Source: an uncultured Candidatus Saccharibacteria bacterium
Lineage (GTDB): Bacteria > Patescibacteriota > Minisyncoccia > UBA6257 > GWB1-50-10
DNA length: 58,743 nt
NCBI GenBank assembly: GCA_964565515.1
Contig: CAZMFA010000002.1
Location: forward strand, 1-58,743
Reading direction: 5' to 3'
Shown one piece after another: positions 27,539 to 36,410 of this stretch. The translations under genes and the position numbers were made by a program. The notes under the pieces were generated by a model. That model saw only the letters and a list, made by a program, of their open reading frames with translations. It did not search any database and was not told the DNA's origin. Position 1 is the stretch's first letter. Each line of letters opens with the position of its first letter.

Positions 27539-27964
27539 ATGAAAATGAGAATAGGAACGCTTGCCCTCGTCGCGCTTGCCGCGATGCTCTTCGGTGGGTG
27601 TATGACCTTCTCCCCGCTCCAGTTGACCGTTGTCGACGTGGGGCAGGGGAAAGTGATTCAAAAGGGCGGATTCCCCCTCACGTTCGGCGGCGTGAGATGC
27701 ATCAATAGCACCGGTACCGTCATCGACTTTCATCAAGCCGGTCGATGGGGAGACGAATATTATGCCGATAATGTCCCCCCGGGGGGATCGTGGTTTTTTT
27801 ACTGGGATTACACTCAGTACCCCACGATGTCGATTACGGCGCAGGTACGGGGGGGCTACCAAAGCATTTCCCAGGTCTTTACGGGGAACTCCTACAATCC
27901 CCCGACGAGGGTTTGGACGGTCTACCTCGACAGGCAAGGGAACCTGCGGGCGTCCACCCAGTGA
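27539..27964 (+). CDS. putative lipoprotein
   Basis: Signal peptide with a lipobox-like LFGGC; 141 aa. Confidence 0.5.
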   Translation: MKMRIGTLALVALAAMLFGGCMTFSPLQLTVVDVGQGKVIQKGGFPLTFGGVRCINSTGTVIDFHQAGRWGDEYYADNVPPGGSWFFYWDYTQYPTMSITAQVRGGYQSISQVFTGNSYNPPTRVWTVYLDRQGNLRASTQ

Positions 27965-27977
27965 AAATTCAAGGAAA

Positions 27978-28014
27978 ACGGCGCACTCCGCTTTGTGGGG
28001 ATGCGCCGTCTTTT
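27978..28014 (+). terminator. intrinsic terminator
   Basis: Stem ACGGCGCA/TGCGCCGT followed by CTTTTGTTG. Confidence 0.55.
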
Positions 28015-28036
28015 GTTGTACAATTATGAAAAATAA

Positions 28037-28840
28037 ATGATTACGTATTTATACGGCCCTGATTCATTGCGGCGGAACGTAAAACTTACGGAGCTTCTTC
28101 GTCGTCTCGAAGAGGGTGAAATAAGCGAGCGGATGGACGCCGATGTAGAGGAGGACTCCGACGCATGGAGGAGCGTAAAAGATTTTTGCCGGCAGCAATC
28201 GATTTTCGGCGGATCGAAGATCGCGATCGTGAGGGAAGGCGGATCGCTTGCGGACAAAGAATGGATAAAATTTTTAAAAGAAGAAACTAAGGACCCTTCG
28301 GTCAATCTTTTTGTTTTGGATCGAGGGAAGCCGCTTAAGGCGCTCAACTTTCTCCTCGAAAAACCTTCCTCATCGTACGAGTTTGAGGAGCTTGCGGGGC
28401 GGAATCTTTCGTTGTTTGTGGTAAAGGAAGCAGAAAAAAGAAGATTCGCTTTTTCACCCGACGCCCTCTCGTTCTTTCTCGACTACTTGAGCGGCAAAAA
28501 GGAGGGGAGAAGCTGGATCGCAGTCAGTGAAGTAGAAAAGGCCGGATTTCTCGGTAACACAATCGTTTCTTTGGAGGATTTGAATAAAATCTCCTCGTTT
28601 CCGGATTTCGACGAGGTTTGGACGCTTTCGCGGAAGATTGTCGGGTCGGAACGGTGGGTGGAAAAGATCGTTTTCCTTGAAAGGCTGTTTTTGGAAGGTG
28701 CCGACTCCGGCCACATCTTCAACTCGTTGGCGCTCCAAGCGGGTGGAAAAGAAATCGCACGTCTTGCGGCGTACGATATCTCAGTGAAGAGCGGGAAACT
28801 CGATTTCCCCGAAGCGTTACTTGACTTTGTTTTGAGCTGA
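28037..28840 (+). CDS. holA: DNA polymerase III delta subunit-like
   Basis: 267 aa. The N-terminus MITYLYGPD is typical of HolA, and adjacency to rpsT is common. The call is weak. Confidence 0.5.
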   Translation: MITYLYGPDSLRRNVKLTELLRRLEEGEISERMDADVEEDSDAWRSVKDFCRQQSIFGGSKIAIVREGGSLADKEWIKFLKEETKDPSVNLFVLDRGKPLKALNFLLEKPSSSYEFEELAGRNLSLFVVKEAEKRRFAFSPDALSFFLDYLSGKKEGRSWIAVSEVEKAGFLGNTIVSLEDLNKISSFPDFDEVWTLSRKIVGSERWVEKIVFLERLFLEGADSGHIFNSLALQAGGKEIARLAAYDISVKSGKLDFPEALLDFVLS

Positions 28841-29092
28841 ATTTAGTTTTTTCGAAAGCCTCGATTTCAAGCGGTTTGCCTTCCCCTTCTTTATAAATTT
28901 AACTTTGGACATCTTGTCCAGGGCCTTATAGACGGCTGGGAGCGCCTTTTTTGCTTCATCAAATTTTCCGGCGTCGACGAGCTTTTTGAAGGCGTTGATC
29001 TCGAACCTCACCTTTCTCTTCCTCCCGAGATTCATTTCCCGTCTTCGAGAGCTCTTACGGAGCGCCTTTTTTGCTGATTTCGTAATAGGCAT
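28817..29092 (-). CDS. rpsT: 30S ribosomal protein S20
   Basis: 91-aa basic protein starting MPITKSAKKALRKSSRRREMN. Confidence 0.85.
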   Translation of the reverse strand: MPITKSAKKALRKSSRRREMNLGRKRKVRFEINAFKKLVDAGKFDEAKKALPAVYKALDKMSKVKFIKKGKANRLKSRLSKKLNSAQNKVK

Positions 29093-29104
29093 AGTAGTGG
29101 TGAA

Positions 29105-29133
29105 ATAGTAGCTTTAATGGGGCTGGTTGTCAA
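29105..29133 (-). promoter_or_regulatory. rpsT promoter TTGACA-17-TACTAT
   Basis: Minus-strand TTGACA (29133-29128), 17-nt spacer, TACTAT (29110-29105). Confidence 0.55.
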
Positions 29134-29134
29134 T

Positions 29135-29270
29135 AAAATCCTAATGTCAAAATCCTAAATCCTAAATAAATTTCAAAGCACCAAATATCAAATTCAAAAC
29201 ACGTGTTTCGGTCATTATGATTTTAAATTTTGCTGTTGTTTAGGATTTAGTGCTTAGGATTTAGAATTTT
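29135..29270. repeat. AT-rich heptamer-periodic imperfect palindrome
   Basis: The left arm is tandem 7-mers (AAAATCC TAATGTC AAAATCC TAAATCC TAAATAA). The right arm, TTTAGGATTTAGTGCTTAGGATTTAG, is its imperfect complement. The centre has the perfect 12-nt palindrome AAACACGTGTTT (29197-29208). Confidence 0.6.
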
Positions 29271-29282
29271 AACCTGCGGGGG

Positions 29283-29288
29283 TATAAT
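29283..29288 (+). promoter_or_regulatory. -10 TATAAT, 8 nt before the ruvA ATG (leaderless)
   Basis: TATAAT at 29283-29288; ATG at 29297. Confidence 0.5.
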
Positions 29289-29296
29289 GAGTGGTA

Positions 29297-29881
29297 ATGA
29301 TATACTCACTTTCGGGAAAAATCGCGGAAAAGAAGGAGAATTTTTTTGTCATCGACGTCGGCGGCGTCGGGTTCAAGGTATTTTCCAATGCCGAAACGCT
29401 GTATAAGCTCCCCTTGGGGGGCGAACGGGTCGTCCTTTACTCGCATCTTCACGTGAAGGATGATGCGTTGGAGCTTTACGGCTTCCTCGATGAGGGGGAG
29501 TTGAAGTTCTTTGAGATGCTTATCACGGTTTCCGGCGTCGGTCCCCGGACAGCCCTCCTTATTCTCGACTTGGATTCATTTCCGAACGTGATGGCGGCAA
29601 TCGTCGGCAAAAAAGCCGACGTCTTGTCGCGCGCGCAGGGCATTGGAAAGAAAACCGCCGAGCGGATCATTTTGGAACTTCAAAGCAAGATCAACGTTTC
29701 CGAAGTGAAAGGACTCGATAAAGCGACCGAAGTGAATGTCGAAGTCGAAGACGCTCTTGTGGGATTGGGATATGATCGGCGCACGGTGAAGGGGGTGCTT
29801 TCCGCGATGAACGACGTCCCGAATGCAGGCGTCGAAGAAAAGCTCCGGAGCGCTTTGAAGGCGTTAGGCGAGAAGAGATGA
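29297..29881 (+). CDS. ruvA: Holliday junction DNA helicase subunit RuvA
   Basis: MIYSLSGKI start, HhH motifs (GVGPRTAL, GIGKKTAERI). ATG 29297 is preferred to GTG 29291. Confidence 0.85.
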   Translation: MIYSLSGKIAEKKENFFVIDVGGVGFKVFSNAETLYKLPLGGERVVLYSHLHVKDDALELYGFLDEGELKFFEMLITVSGVGPRTALLILDLDSFPNVMAAIVGKKADVLSRAQGIGKKTAERIILELQSKINVSEVKGLDKATEVNVEVEDALVGLGYDRRTVKGVLSAMNDVPNAGVEEKLRSALKALGEKR

Positions 29882-31161
29882 AGAAGATTTACCATTTTTT
29901 GTTGGCGTTCTTGGGAAACGTCGTATACGGCCGGCCGAGCCGCAAACTTACGGTCGTCGGCGTCACCGGAACCAAGGGGAAATCGAGCACGCTCGAGCTT
30001 TTGGATGCCGTCATGGAATCGGCCGGGAAAAAGACGGCTCTTCTTTCTTCGGTGAAGCGGAGGGTCGTCGGCGTCGAGACGAAGAAGGTTTCCGGCAATA
30101 CGATGCCGGGCAGATTTTTCATTCAGCGGTTCCTCAGCGATGCCGTCCGTGCCGGCGCCGAATACGCGTTCATCGAAGTGACCTCGCAAGGAGTCGTTCA
30201 GTGGCGGGATCGGTTCATTGATTGGGATGCGGCGTTCTTCATGAATCTTTCGCCCGAACATATCGAATCACACGGATCGTTCGAGAAGTACCGCGCGGCG
30301 AAAGTGAGGTTCTTCGAGGACGTTCTCCGATCTTCGAAGGGAACAAAATCGTTCTTCGTGAACGCCGAAGACGGGAACAAGGATTATTTCATCCGCGCCG
30401 TGGAGGGGGCCCCGGGCGCAGAACTTTTTTATTTCGATAGGAATTATTTGATTGATGAAGCGAAGCGATGGGGATGGGATCTTTCGACAGCCGCCGCCCG
30501 CGGCGCGGTTGCCGACTGGCTTATGCCGGATTTCAATGTTTTGAATGCCGCTGCGGCCCTTCGGTTTGCAACCGTCCGCGCCGTGCCGCCGGAGGCGATT
30601 CAAAAAGCTTTCCGGGAATTTGCCGGAACGCCGGGGCGGTTCGATCTTGTGATTAAGGAGCCGTTCGCCGCGATCGTCGATTATGCCCATACGCCGGATT
30701 CGCTGGAGAAGATTTATTCGGCTGCGAGAGATTTATTCGCCGGAAAATCCCGCGGCAGGTTGATCTGCGTCCTCGGTTCGGCAGGCGGCGGGCGGGACAA
30801 GTGGAAGCGGAAGGTTATGGGAAGCATCGCGGCGAAGTTTTGCGATGAGGTCATTTTAACCAACGAAGACCCCTATGACGAAACCCCGGAGGCTATCATG
30901 GACGAGATCGAAGCGGGGCTTTTGCAGTCCCCGGCTTCCAAGTTTCATATTTCGAATAATTACTGGAAAATCCTCGATCGCCGCGAAGCGTTGCGAAAAG
31001 CTCTTTATGATGCTTTGCCGGGAGACGTTGTCATTGGGACCGGAAAGGGGAGCGAGCCCTCCATCCATATCGCAAAAGGAAAGACGATTCCCTGGAATGA
31101 GAGAGAGATCGTAAAAGAGCTCATTGCCGAGCGTTTTGCGAACGAGCGAAGCGGGGTATAA
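29878..31161 (+). CDS. murE: Mur ligase, MurE-like (short N-terminus)
   Basis: P-loop GVTGTKGKSST and the signature DYAHTPDSLEK. At 427 aa it is shorter than typical MurE. Confidence 0.7.
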   Translation: MKKIYHFLLAFLGNVVYGRPSRKLTVVGVTGTKGKSSTLELLDAVMESAGKKTALLSSVKRRVVGVETKKVSGNTMPGRFFIQRFLSDAVRAGAEYAFIEVTSQGVVQWRDRFIDWDAAFFMNLSPEHIESHGSFEKYRAAKVRFFEDVLRSSKGTKSFFVNAEDGNKDYFIRAVEGAPGAELFYFDRNYLIDEAKRWGWDLSTAAARGAVADWLMPDFNVLNAAAALRFATVRAVPPEAIQKAFREFAGTPGRFDLVIKEPFAAIVDYAHTPDSLEKIYSAARDLFAGKSRGRLICVLGSAGGGRDKWKRKVMGSIAAKFCDEVILTNEDPYDETPEAIMDEIEAGLLQSPASKFHISNNYWKILDRREALRKALYDALPGDVVIGTGKGSEPSIHIAKGKTIPWNEREIVKELIAERFANERSGV

Positions 31162-31168
31162 CGGCGAA

Positions 31169-31280
31169 ATGAATCCCATGAGAAACCGTAAACTTATAAA
31201 AAAGATGATTATTCAAGAAGTCAAATTAACCGCGCATTATAGGCAGCTGCTTATAAAAAAGGCGCCTCGTTTCTAATGGG
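31169..31280 (+). repeat. palindrome-bounded element, family-1 copy B, with 35-codon mini-ORF 31169-31276
   Basis: Arms CCCATGAGAAAC (31175-31186) and GTTTCTAATGGG (31269-31280). Mini-ORF: MNPMRNRKLIKKMIIQEVKLTAHYRQLLIKKAPRF. ATG 31281 abuts the 3' arm. Confidence 0.7.
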
Positions 31281-32636
31281 ATGAAACTTACTTTTTGCGG
31301 TGGAGCCAAAATCGTCACGGGTTCCAACTATCTTTTGGAATCGGGCGACACGAAGATTCTCATCGATTGCGGATTGAATCAAGGCGAAAGTTTTTGCGAG
31401 AATTTGAATTACGAGCCGTTTCCTTACGACCCCCGGGAAGTGCAAGCGGTCTTCGTGACGCATGCCCACATCGATCACATCGGCCGCCTTCCCAAGCTCG
31501 TGAAGGACGGTTTCCGCGGCGCGATCCATTCGACGGGGCCTACCAAGGATTTCGCCGCTCCAATGCTTGAGGATACGGCACATTTATTCGGCGAAGAAGT
31601 GATGAAAAAGGGCCGCGAGCCGCTTTATGGCGATGGTGATATTGAGCGAACACTCGCCCTGTGGCAAAGTTTCGCTTATCACGAGACGGTCGAAGTCGGA
31701 CCGTTTTCGGTGGAATTTTTCAACGCAGGTCATATCCTGGGATCGTCAACGCTCGTCGTGTCCGTCGAAGGGGGAAAAATCGTCTTTTCCGGCGACCTCG
31801 GGAATAGTCCATCACCCCTCATTACGGGGACGGAATATCCGACGGACGTCGATTATGCGCTCGTGGAGTCCGCTTACGGCGACCGGATCCACGAGGATTT
31901 GGACAAGCGGAAGGAAATGCTGAAGGAAAATGTCCAAGAGGCCGTTCGCGCGGGAGGTGTCCTTATGATCCCGGCTTTTGCTCTCGAACGGACCCAAGAA
32001 ATGCTCTTCGAGTTGAATAATATGGTTGAGGGGAAGGAAATTCCCGCCGTGCCGGTTTTTGTCGACAGTCCTCTCGCAATCAAGCTTACGGATGTCTATC
32101 GGAAATATTCCCGCAACCCCCTGTATTTCAACAAGGGCACCGTCGATTTGGTGCGGTCCGGCGAAGATATTTTCAATTTCCCCGGCCTTACGATGACGCT
32201 TACGAAAGAAGAGTCAAAAAAGATCAATGATGTCCCGCCGCCCAAGATTGTTATTGCCGGCGCCGGGATGTCGAACGGCGGAAGGATCTTGCATCACGAG
32301 GTTCGTTATCTCTCCGATCCGCGGAGTACGCTTCTTGTTGTCGGCTACCAATCGGTCAATTCGCTGGGGCGGAAGCTTTTGGACGGAGAACGCCGGGTCG
32401 AGATCCTCGGCCAAGTCGTCGAAGTGAAGGCGAAAATCCTTTCAATCAGCGGCTATTCGGCCCACGCCGACCAAAATCAGCTGCTTGATTGGGTTTCTCG
32501 CTTGGGGAAGGGCGTGAAGAAGATCTTCGTGGTCCAGGGCGACGGCAACGCTTCCGATATTCTTGCGGAAAAGATCAGAGAAAGATTCTCCCTTGAGGCC
32601 CTCGCTCCTTCACGGAGGGATTCGGTACTGTTATAA
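31281..32636 (+). CDS. metallo-beta-lactamase / beta-CASP family RNA-metabolising hydrolase
   Basis: HAHIDHIGRLP motif; 451 aa; C-terminal SGYSAHAD, typical of beta-CASP proteins. Confidence 0.75.
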   Translation: MKLTFCGGAKIVTGSNYLLESGDTKILIDCGLNQGESFCENLNYEPFPYDPREVQAVFVTHAHIDHIGRLPKLVKDGFRGAIHSTGPTKDFAAPMLEDTAHLFGEEVMKKGREPLYGDGDIERTLALWQSFAYHETVEVGPFSVEFFNAGHILGSSTLVVSVEGGKIVFSGDLGNSPSPLITGTEYPTDVDYALVESAYGDRIHEDLDKRKEMLKENVQEAVRAGGVLMIPAFALERTQEMLFELNNMVEGKEIPAVPVFVDSPLAIKLTDVYRKYSRNPLYFNKGTVDLVRSGEDIFNFPGLTMTLTKEESKKINDVPPPKIVIAGAGMSNGGRILHHEVRYLSDPRSTLLVVGYQSVNSLGRKLLDGERRVEILGQVVEVKAKILSISGYSAHADQNQLLDWVSRLGKGVKKIFVVQGDGNASDILAEKIRERFSLEALAPSRRDSVLL

Positions 32637-32643
32637 TTCGAGT

Positions 32644-33297
32644 ATGCCTATCAAGAAATCAAAGGAGAAGGAACGGGGGGAAAAGGATGGGTTGGGGCGA
32701 TTCGAAAACCATAACCACACTTATCATTTAAAGTACAAGATTTGCGTTTCCGGAGCTGCCGAGACCGGCCATTGCTCGAAAGACTCATTCGAAAAAGCCG
32801 AGGCCATCGGTCGGGAAATCGCGAAACGCGACTTGATTCTCGTAACCGGTGCAACGACGGGAATGCCGTATTGGGCCGCCAAAGGCGCCAAGGAAGCCGG
32901 CGGCATTGTGATTGGGCTTTCGCCTGCGGTTTCGAAGCTCGCTCACGTGAAGACATATCATTTGCCGCTTGATTATCACGATCTCATTGTGTACACCGGC
33001 TTTGATTACTCGGGGCGCAATTTGCTGCTTACGAGGTCGGCCGACGCCATCATTACCATTTGCGGCCGAATGGGGACATTGAACGAATTTACCATCGGAT
33101 TCGAAGATCATAAACCGATCGGCGTTTTGGAAGGTACCGGTGGAACGGCCGATATGCTCCGGGAAATTCTCGAAAAGGCCCACCGCGGATCGTCGAACGT
33201 CGTTTTTTCGAACGACCCCTCGAAACTTTTGGATCAAGTAATGAAGTTGGTGGAAGTCGAAGAGAGGCGAGACGGTATTCACGGAAAGATTCTTTAA
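32644..33297 (+). CDS. TIGR00725/LOG-like Rossmann-fold protein
   Basis: Internal ATG 32644. Motifs ICVSGAA, LVTGATTGMP and ICGRMGTLNEF resemble the LOG/TIGR00725 family. Confidence 0.55.
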   Translation: MPIKKSKEKERGEKDGLGRFENHNHTYHLKYKICVSGAAETGHCSKDSFEKAEAIGREIAKRDLILVTGATTGMPYWAAKGAKEAGGIVIGLSPAVSKLAHVKTYHLPLDYHDLIVYTGFDYSGRNLLLTRSADAIITICGRMGTLNEFTIGFEDHKPIGVLEGTGGTADMLREILEKAHRGSSNVVFSNDPSKLLDQVMKLVEVEERRDGIHGKIL

Positions 33298-33335
33298 GCC
33301 ATTGGGAAAGGTCGGGTAAGGAAGGCGAGAATACT

Positions 33336-33605
33336 ATGCCAAATTCCCAAGATGCCGGAAAGGCCGTCATGGTCGGTATTGTGACGCATTATTTCGGTCA
33401 CGTCGGCGTTGCCGCCATGAAACTCATGAAGCCGGTTAAGATCGGCGATACCGTAAGGTTTGTCGGCGCAACAACCGATTTCGACGACGTCGTGCGATCC
33501 ATCCAAATCGAGCACGAAGCCGTAACCGAGGCCGGGCCGGGGGACGAAATAGGCATCAAGGTAAGGGACAAGGTTCGGGAGGGGGACCGAGTGTACGTGA
33601 TGTAA
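33336..33605 (+). CDS. small EF-Tu-domain-2-like beta-barrel protein
   Basis: 89 aa; the pattern VGIVTHYF...IGDTVRF...GDEIGIKV...GDRVY resembles translation-factor domain II. Confidence 0.45.
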   Translation: MPNSQDAGKAVMVGIVTHYFGHVGVAAMKLMKPVKIGDTVRFVGATTDFDDVVRSIQIEHEAVTEAGPGDEIGIKVRDKVREGDRVYVM

Positions 33606-33634
33606 GGTCGGTTAATTTGGTATTCTTAAGACGA

Positions 33635-34978
33635 ATGAGAAATTCGCTGAATAAACTGCTGTTTTATTTCCTCATCTTCTTGATCCCGATTGGAATCAAA
33701 AAGTTCATCATTTCCTTCCCCGAGCCGTTCAAGGTTCCGATTTCTTACGGCTCGTTTTTCCTTTACGGCCTCGACCTTATCGTTTTCCTTTTTGTCGTCC
33801 TGAATTTGAAAAAAATATCGTTCGATTGGCGGACGCGATGGCTCGCGGCGTTCCTTGCCGCCGTTCTCGTTTCAATCTTCTTTTCTTTGAGCGTCGGTTT
33901 GGCGGTTTACGCATTCTTACATCTCGTCCTTTTTGCCCTCTTTGCTCTTTTGGTCGCCCGGATGATGGGCGACGGTTTATTGAACTTGAAGACTACCTTC
34001 GGCGTTCTGGGATTTTCCGCTGTCGCCGAAGCCGTCGTCGGCCTTCTGCAGTTTAGGGACCAAGCGAGTGTGGGCCTTCGCGTTCTCGGCGAATCCGTTC
34101 TTGGTCCCGCGACAGAGGGGGTTGCGCGGGCCTCAACCGCCTTTGGCGATTTTTTACGGATTTACGGCACGATGCCGCACGCGAATATCCTTGCGGGATT
34201 TTTGGTGTTCGGATTTGTTGCACTCATCTTCGTTTTTCTAAAAACCGGTAGGGGAAAACGGGATGCGTTGAAAAGGCTTGGGATCGTCGCCGGCCTTTTT
34301 CTTATTTTCACCGCAACGCTCCTCACCTTTTCGCGGTCGGGACTCGCGGTTTTTATTTTCGCGGTCGGGACGGCGGTCGTCTACGGGCTTCTTGAGGCGT
34401 TCTTGAGATATCGGACGATCTTTTTAGTCGGCCTCCTCCTCCTTTTTATTGTCTTCTCCGCATTCGGTTTCAGAAGGCTTGCCACGGCGCGGGACAGCGT
34501 TTCCCTTACCGAACCCTCGGTGACCTATCGGGTGGATTACGGATTGATAGCGCTCGATCTCATACGGTCGCATCCGATTTTCGGTGTCGGGGTCGGCAAC
34601 GAGATCCTTGCCGGCCTTGCGGCAGGATTGTATCAAGACCAGGGCATGCGGTCGAGTTGGCAGTGGCAGCCGGTCCACAATCTTTATCTTTTCGTCGCGT
34701 CAGAAACCGGTCTTGTGGGCCTCGTCCTTTTCTTCGGATTTTTGGGGAGTGTCTTTTATCCCACAATAAAAGAATTTTGGAAAGAGCGGAAAAGCGAAAG
34801 GGGTTTGGATTTCTTCTTTCCGCTTGTTCTCGGCGTCTCGTGGCTCGCCTTCGGCATGGTGGACCATTTCTTTTGGGATTTGGAGTCGGGGCAATTGATG
34901 TTTTGGCTCACTTTAGGCATTATTATGGGTGTGAGCGCCCATAGCTCAACGGATAGAGCGTATCCCTCCGAAGGATAA
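33635..34978 (+). CDS. O-antigen ligase (Wzy_C)-like polytopic membrane protein
   Basis: About 12 TM helices with a central loop containing SRSG and a later HN motif. An alternative TTG start is at 33617. The last 44 nt overlap tRNA-Arg. Confidence 0.6.
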   Translation: MRNSLNKLLFYFLIFLIPIGIKKFIISFPEPFKVPISYGSFFLYGLDLIVFLFVVLNLKKISFDWRTRWLAAFLAAVLVSIFFSLSVGLAVYAFLHLVLFALFALLVARMMGDGLLNLKTTFGVLGFSAVAEAVVGLLQFRDQASVGLRVLGESVLGPATEGVARASTAFGDFLRIYGTMPHANILAGFLVFGFVALIFVFLKTGRGKRDALKRLGIVAGLFLIFTATLLTFSRSGLAVFIFAVGTAVVYGLLEAFLRYRTIFLVGLLLLFIVFSAFGFRRLATARDSVSLTEPSVTYRVDYGLIALDLIRSHPIFGVGVGNEILAGLAAGLYQDQGMRSSWQWQPVHNLYLFVASETGLVGLVLFFGFLGSVFYPTIKEFWKERKSERGLDFFFPLVLGVSWLAFGMVDHFFWDLESGQLMFWLTLGIIMGVSAHSSTDRAYPSEG

Positions 34979-35006
34979 AATCGAGGTTCAATTCCTCGTG
35001 GGCGCA
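34935..35006 (+). tRNA. tRNA-Arg(CCG)
   Basis: Hand-folded cloverleaf: acceptor GCGCCCA/TGGGCGC, anticodon stem TATCC/GGATA, loop CTCCGAA, T-arm CGAGG-TTCAATT-CCTCG. CCA is not encoded. Confidence 0.85.
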
Positions 35007-36368
35007 CTAGAACCCATCTTCTGTCATTCTCTCGATTTCAGAAGCGCGCGCTTCAGCTTCTTTTTTGGTCCTCGCTTCCGCAATGATCCGCACAATCGGT
35101 TCCGTATTCGATCTTCTGATATGGACCCAATAATCCGGTGCATCGATCTTCAGTCCGTCGTCGGTATTTATTTTGAATTTTGAAAATCGTTCTTTGAGCA
35201 TCTCGAGAATCGCGTCGGGCTTTTTTCCTCCGATGTCAATTCTCTTCTTTGCGATCTCGAACAAGGGAAGCGTTCTTTGGTATTCGGAAAGCGTTCCGCC
35301 GGATTCCACGAGATTTTGGAGCGCGAGAGCGATGCCGACCAAAGCGTCGCGCCCGTAATGGACCTCGGGGAGGATCACGCCGCCGCTCCCTTCACCGCCG
35401 ATCGACGCGCGGACCCTTTCCATCTTTTCCACGACGTTGATCTCGCCGACGGCCGATCGGTACACCGTACCGCCCCGCCGCTTTGCGATCTCGTCGACGG
35501 CTCGCGTCGTCGAAAGGTTCACGACGGCGATCCGTCTTTGTTTCGGAAGGTGCCGGAATAAAAAGTCGATCGCCTGAGCGACGGTATACTCCTCATTGAA
35601 GGGCTTGCCTTGTTCCGTTACGAGAACGAGGCGATCGACATCCGGATCAACGACGACGCCGAGGTCTGCTTTTTCTTTTTTCACGCGGGTCATGATGCCG
35701 GTTATGTTTTCGGGCAACGGCTCCGGTTTTCGGGGGAATATCCCGGTCGGCTCGCAGTTCATGGCAACGACTTGACAGCCGAGTCGTTTGAGGAGTTCCG
35801 GCACGACGAAGGAGCCCGAAGCATTGACCGCATCGACGACGACTTTCAACCTCTTCTTCTTGATCAACGGCACATCGATCGTTTTCATCGCGAGAATGCG
35901 CTCCACGTGGTCGCGAAGAAAGAACGACCCGTCGTGCAAGGAGCCGATCGGCTGCCGGTTAAGATCCGCCGCTCCCCTTGCTGCCTCCGCGAGGAGCCCC
36001 TTGTTTTCGCGTGTGTTCAAAAAAACGCCGGTTCCATTGAGAAATTTCAATCCATTCCATTCCATGGGGTTGTGGCTTGCGGTAACGATGACGCCGCCCG
36101 CTGCGCGGGAATGCAGAACGGCAAGTTCGACGGTCGGTGTCGGGCAAACGCCGATGTCGACCACCCGGCAGCCGTTTGCAGCGAGCGTTCCCCGAAGGAT
36201 ATCCGCAAGCATAGTACCGTGATATCTTCCGTCGCGCCCCATGACGATCGTTCCGCGTTTCGAGAATCTCGCAAAGGCTTTTGCGTACCGCACGACGACG
36301 TCGGGGGTGAGCGTTTTACCGACCACACCCCGGACACCGGAGATACCCTCGATGAGTTTTTGTTCCAT
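35007..36368 (-). CDS. phosphohexomutase (phosphoglucosamine mutase / phosphomannomutase family)
   Basis: 453 aa; active-site TASHNPMEWNGLKF; Mg site VVVDPDVDR. Confidence 0.8.
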   Translation of the reverse strand: MEQKLIEGISGVRGVVGKTLTPDVVVRYAKAFARFSKRGTIVMGRDGRYHGTMLADILRGTLAANGCRVVDIGVCPTPTVELAVLHSRAAGGVIVTASHNPMEWNGLKFLNGTGVFLNTRENKGLLAEAARGAADLNRQPIGSLHDGSFFLRDHVERILAMKTIDVPLIKKKRLKVVVDAVNASGSFVVPELLKRLGCQVVAMNCEPTGIFPRKPEPLPENITGIMTRVKKEKADLGVVVDPDVDRLVLVTEQGKPFNEEYTVAQAIDFLFRHLPKQRRIAVVNLSTTRAVDEIAKRRGGTVYRSAVGEINVVEKMERVRASIGGEGSGGVILPEVHYGRDALVGIALALQNLVESGGTLSEYQRTLPLFEIAKKRIDIGGKKPDAILEMLKERFSKFKINTDDGLKIDAPDYWVHIRRSNTEPIVRIIAEARTKKEAEARASEIERMTEDGF

Positions 36369-36410
36369 TTGTAGACACCTTCAGTTTAGCATATACTGAA
36401 GGGTAATTTG

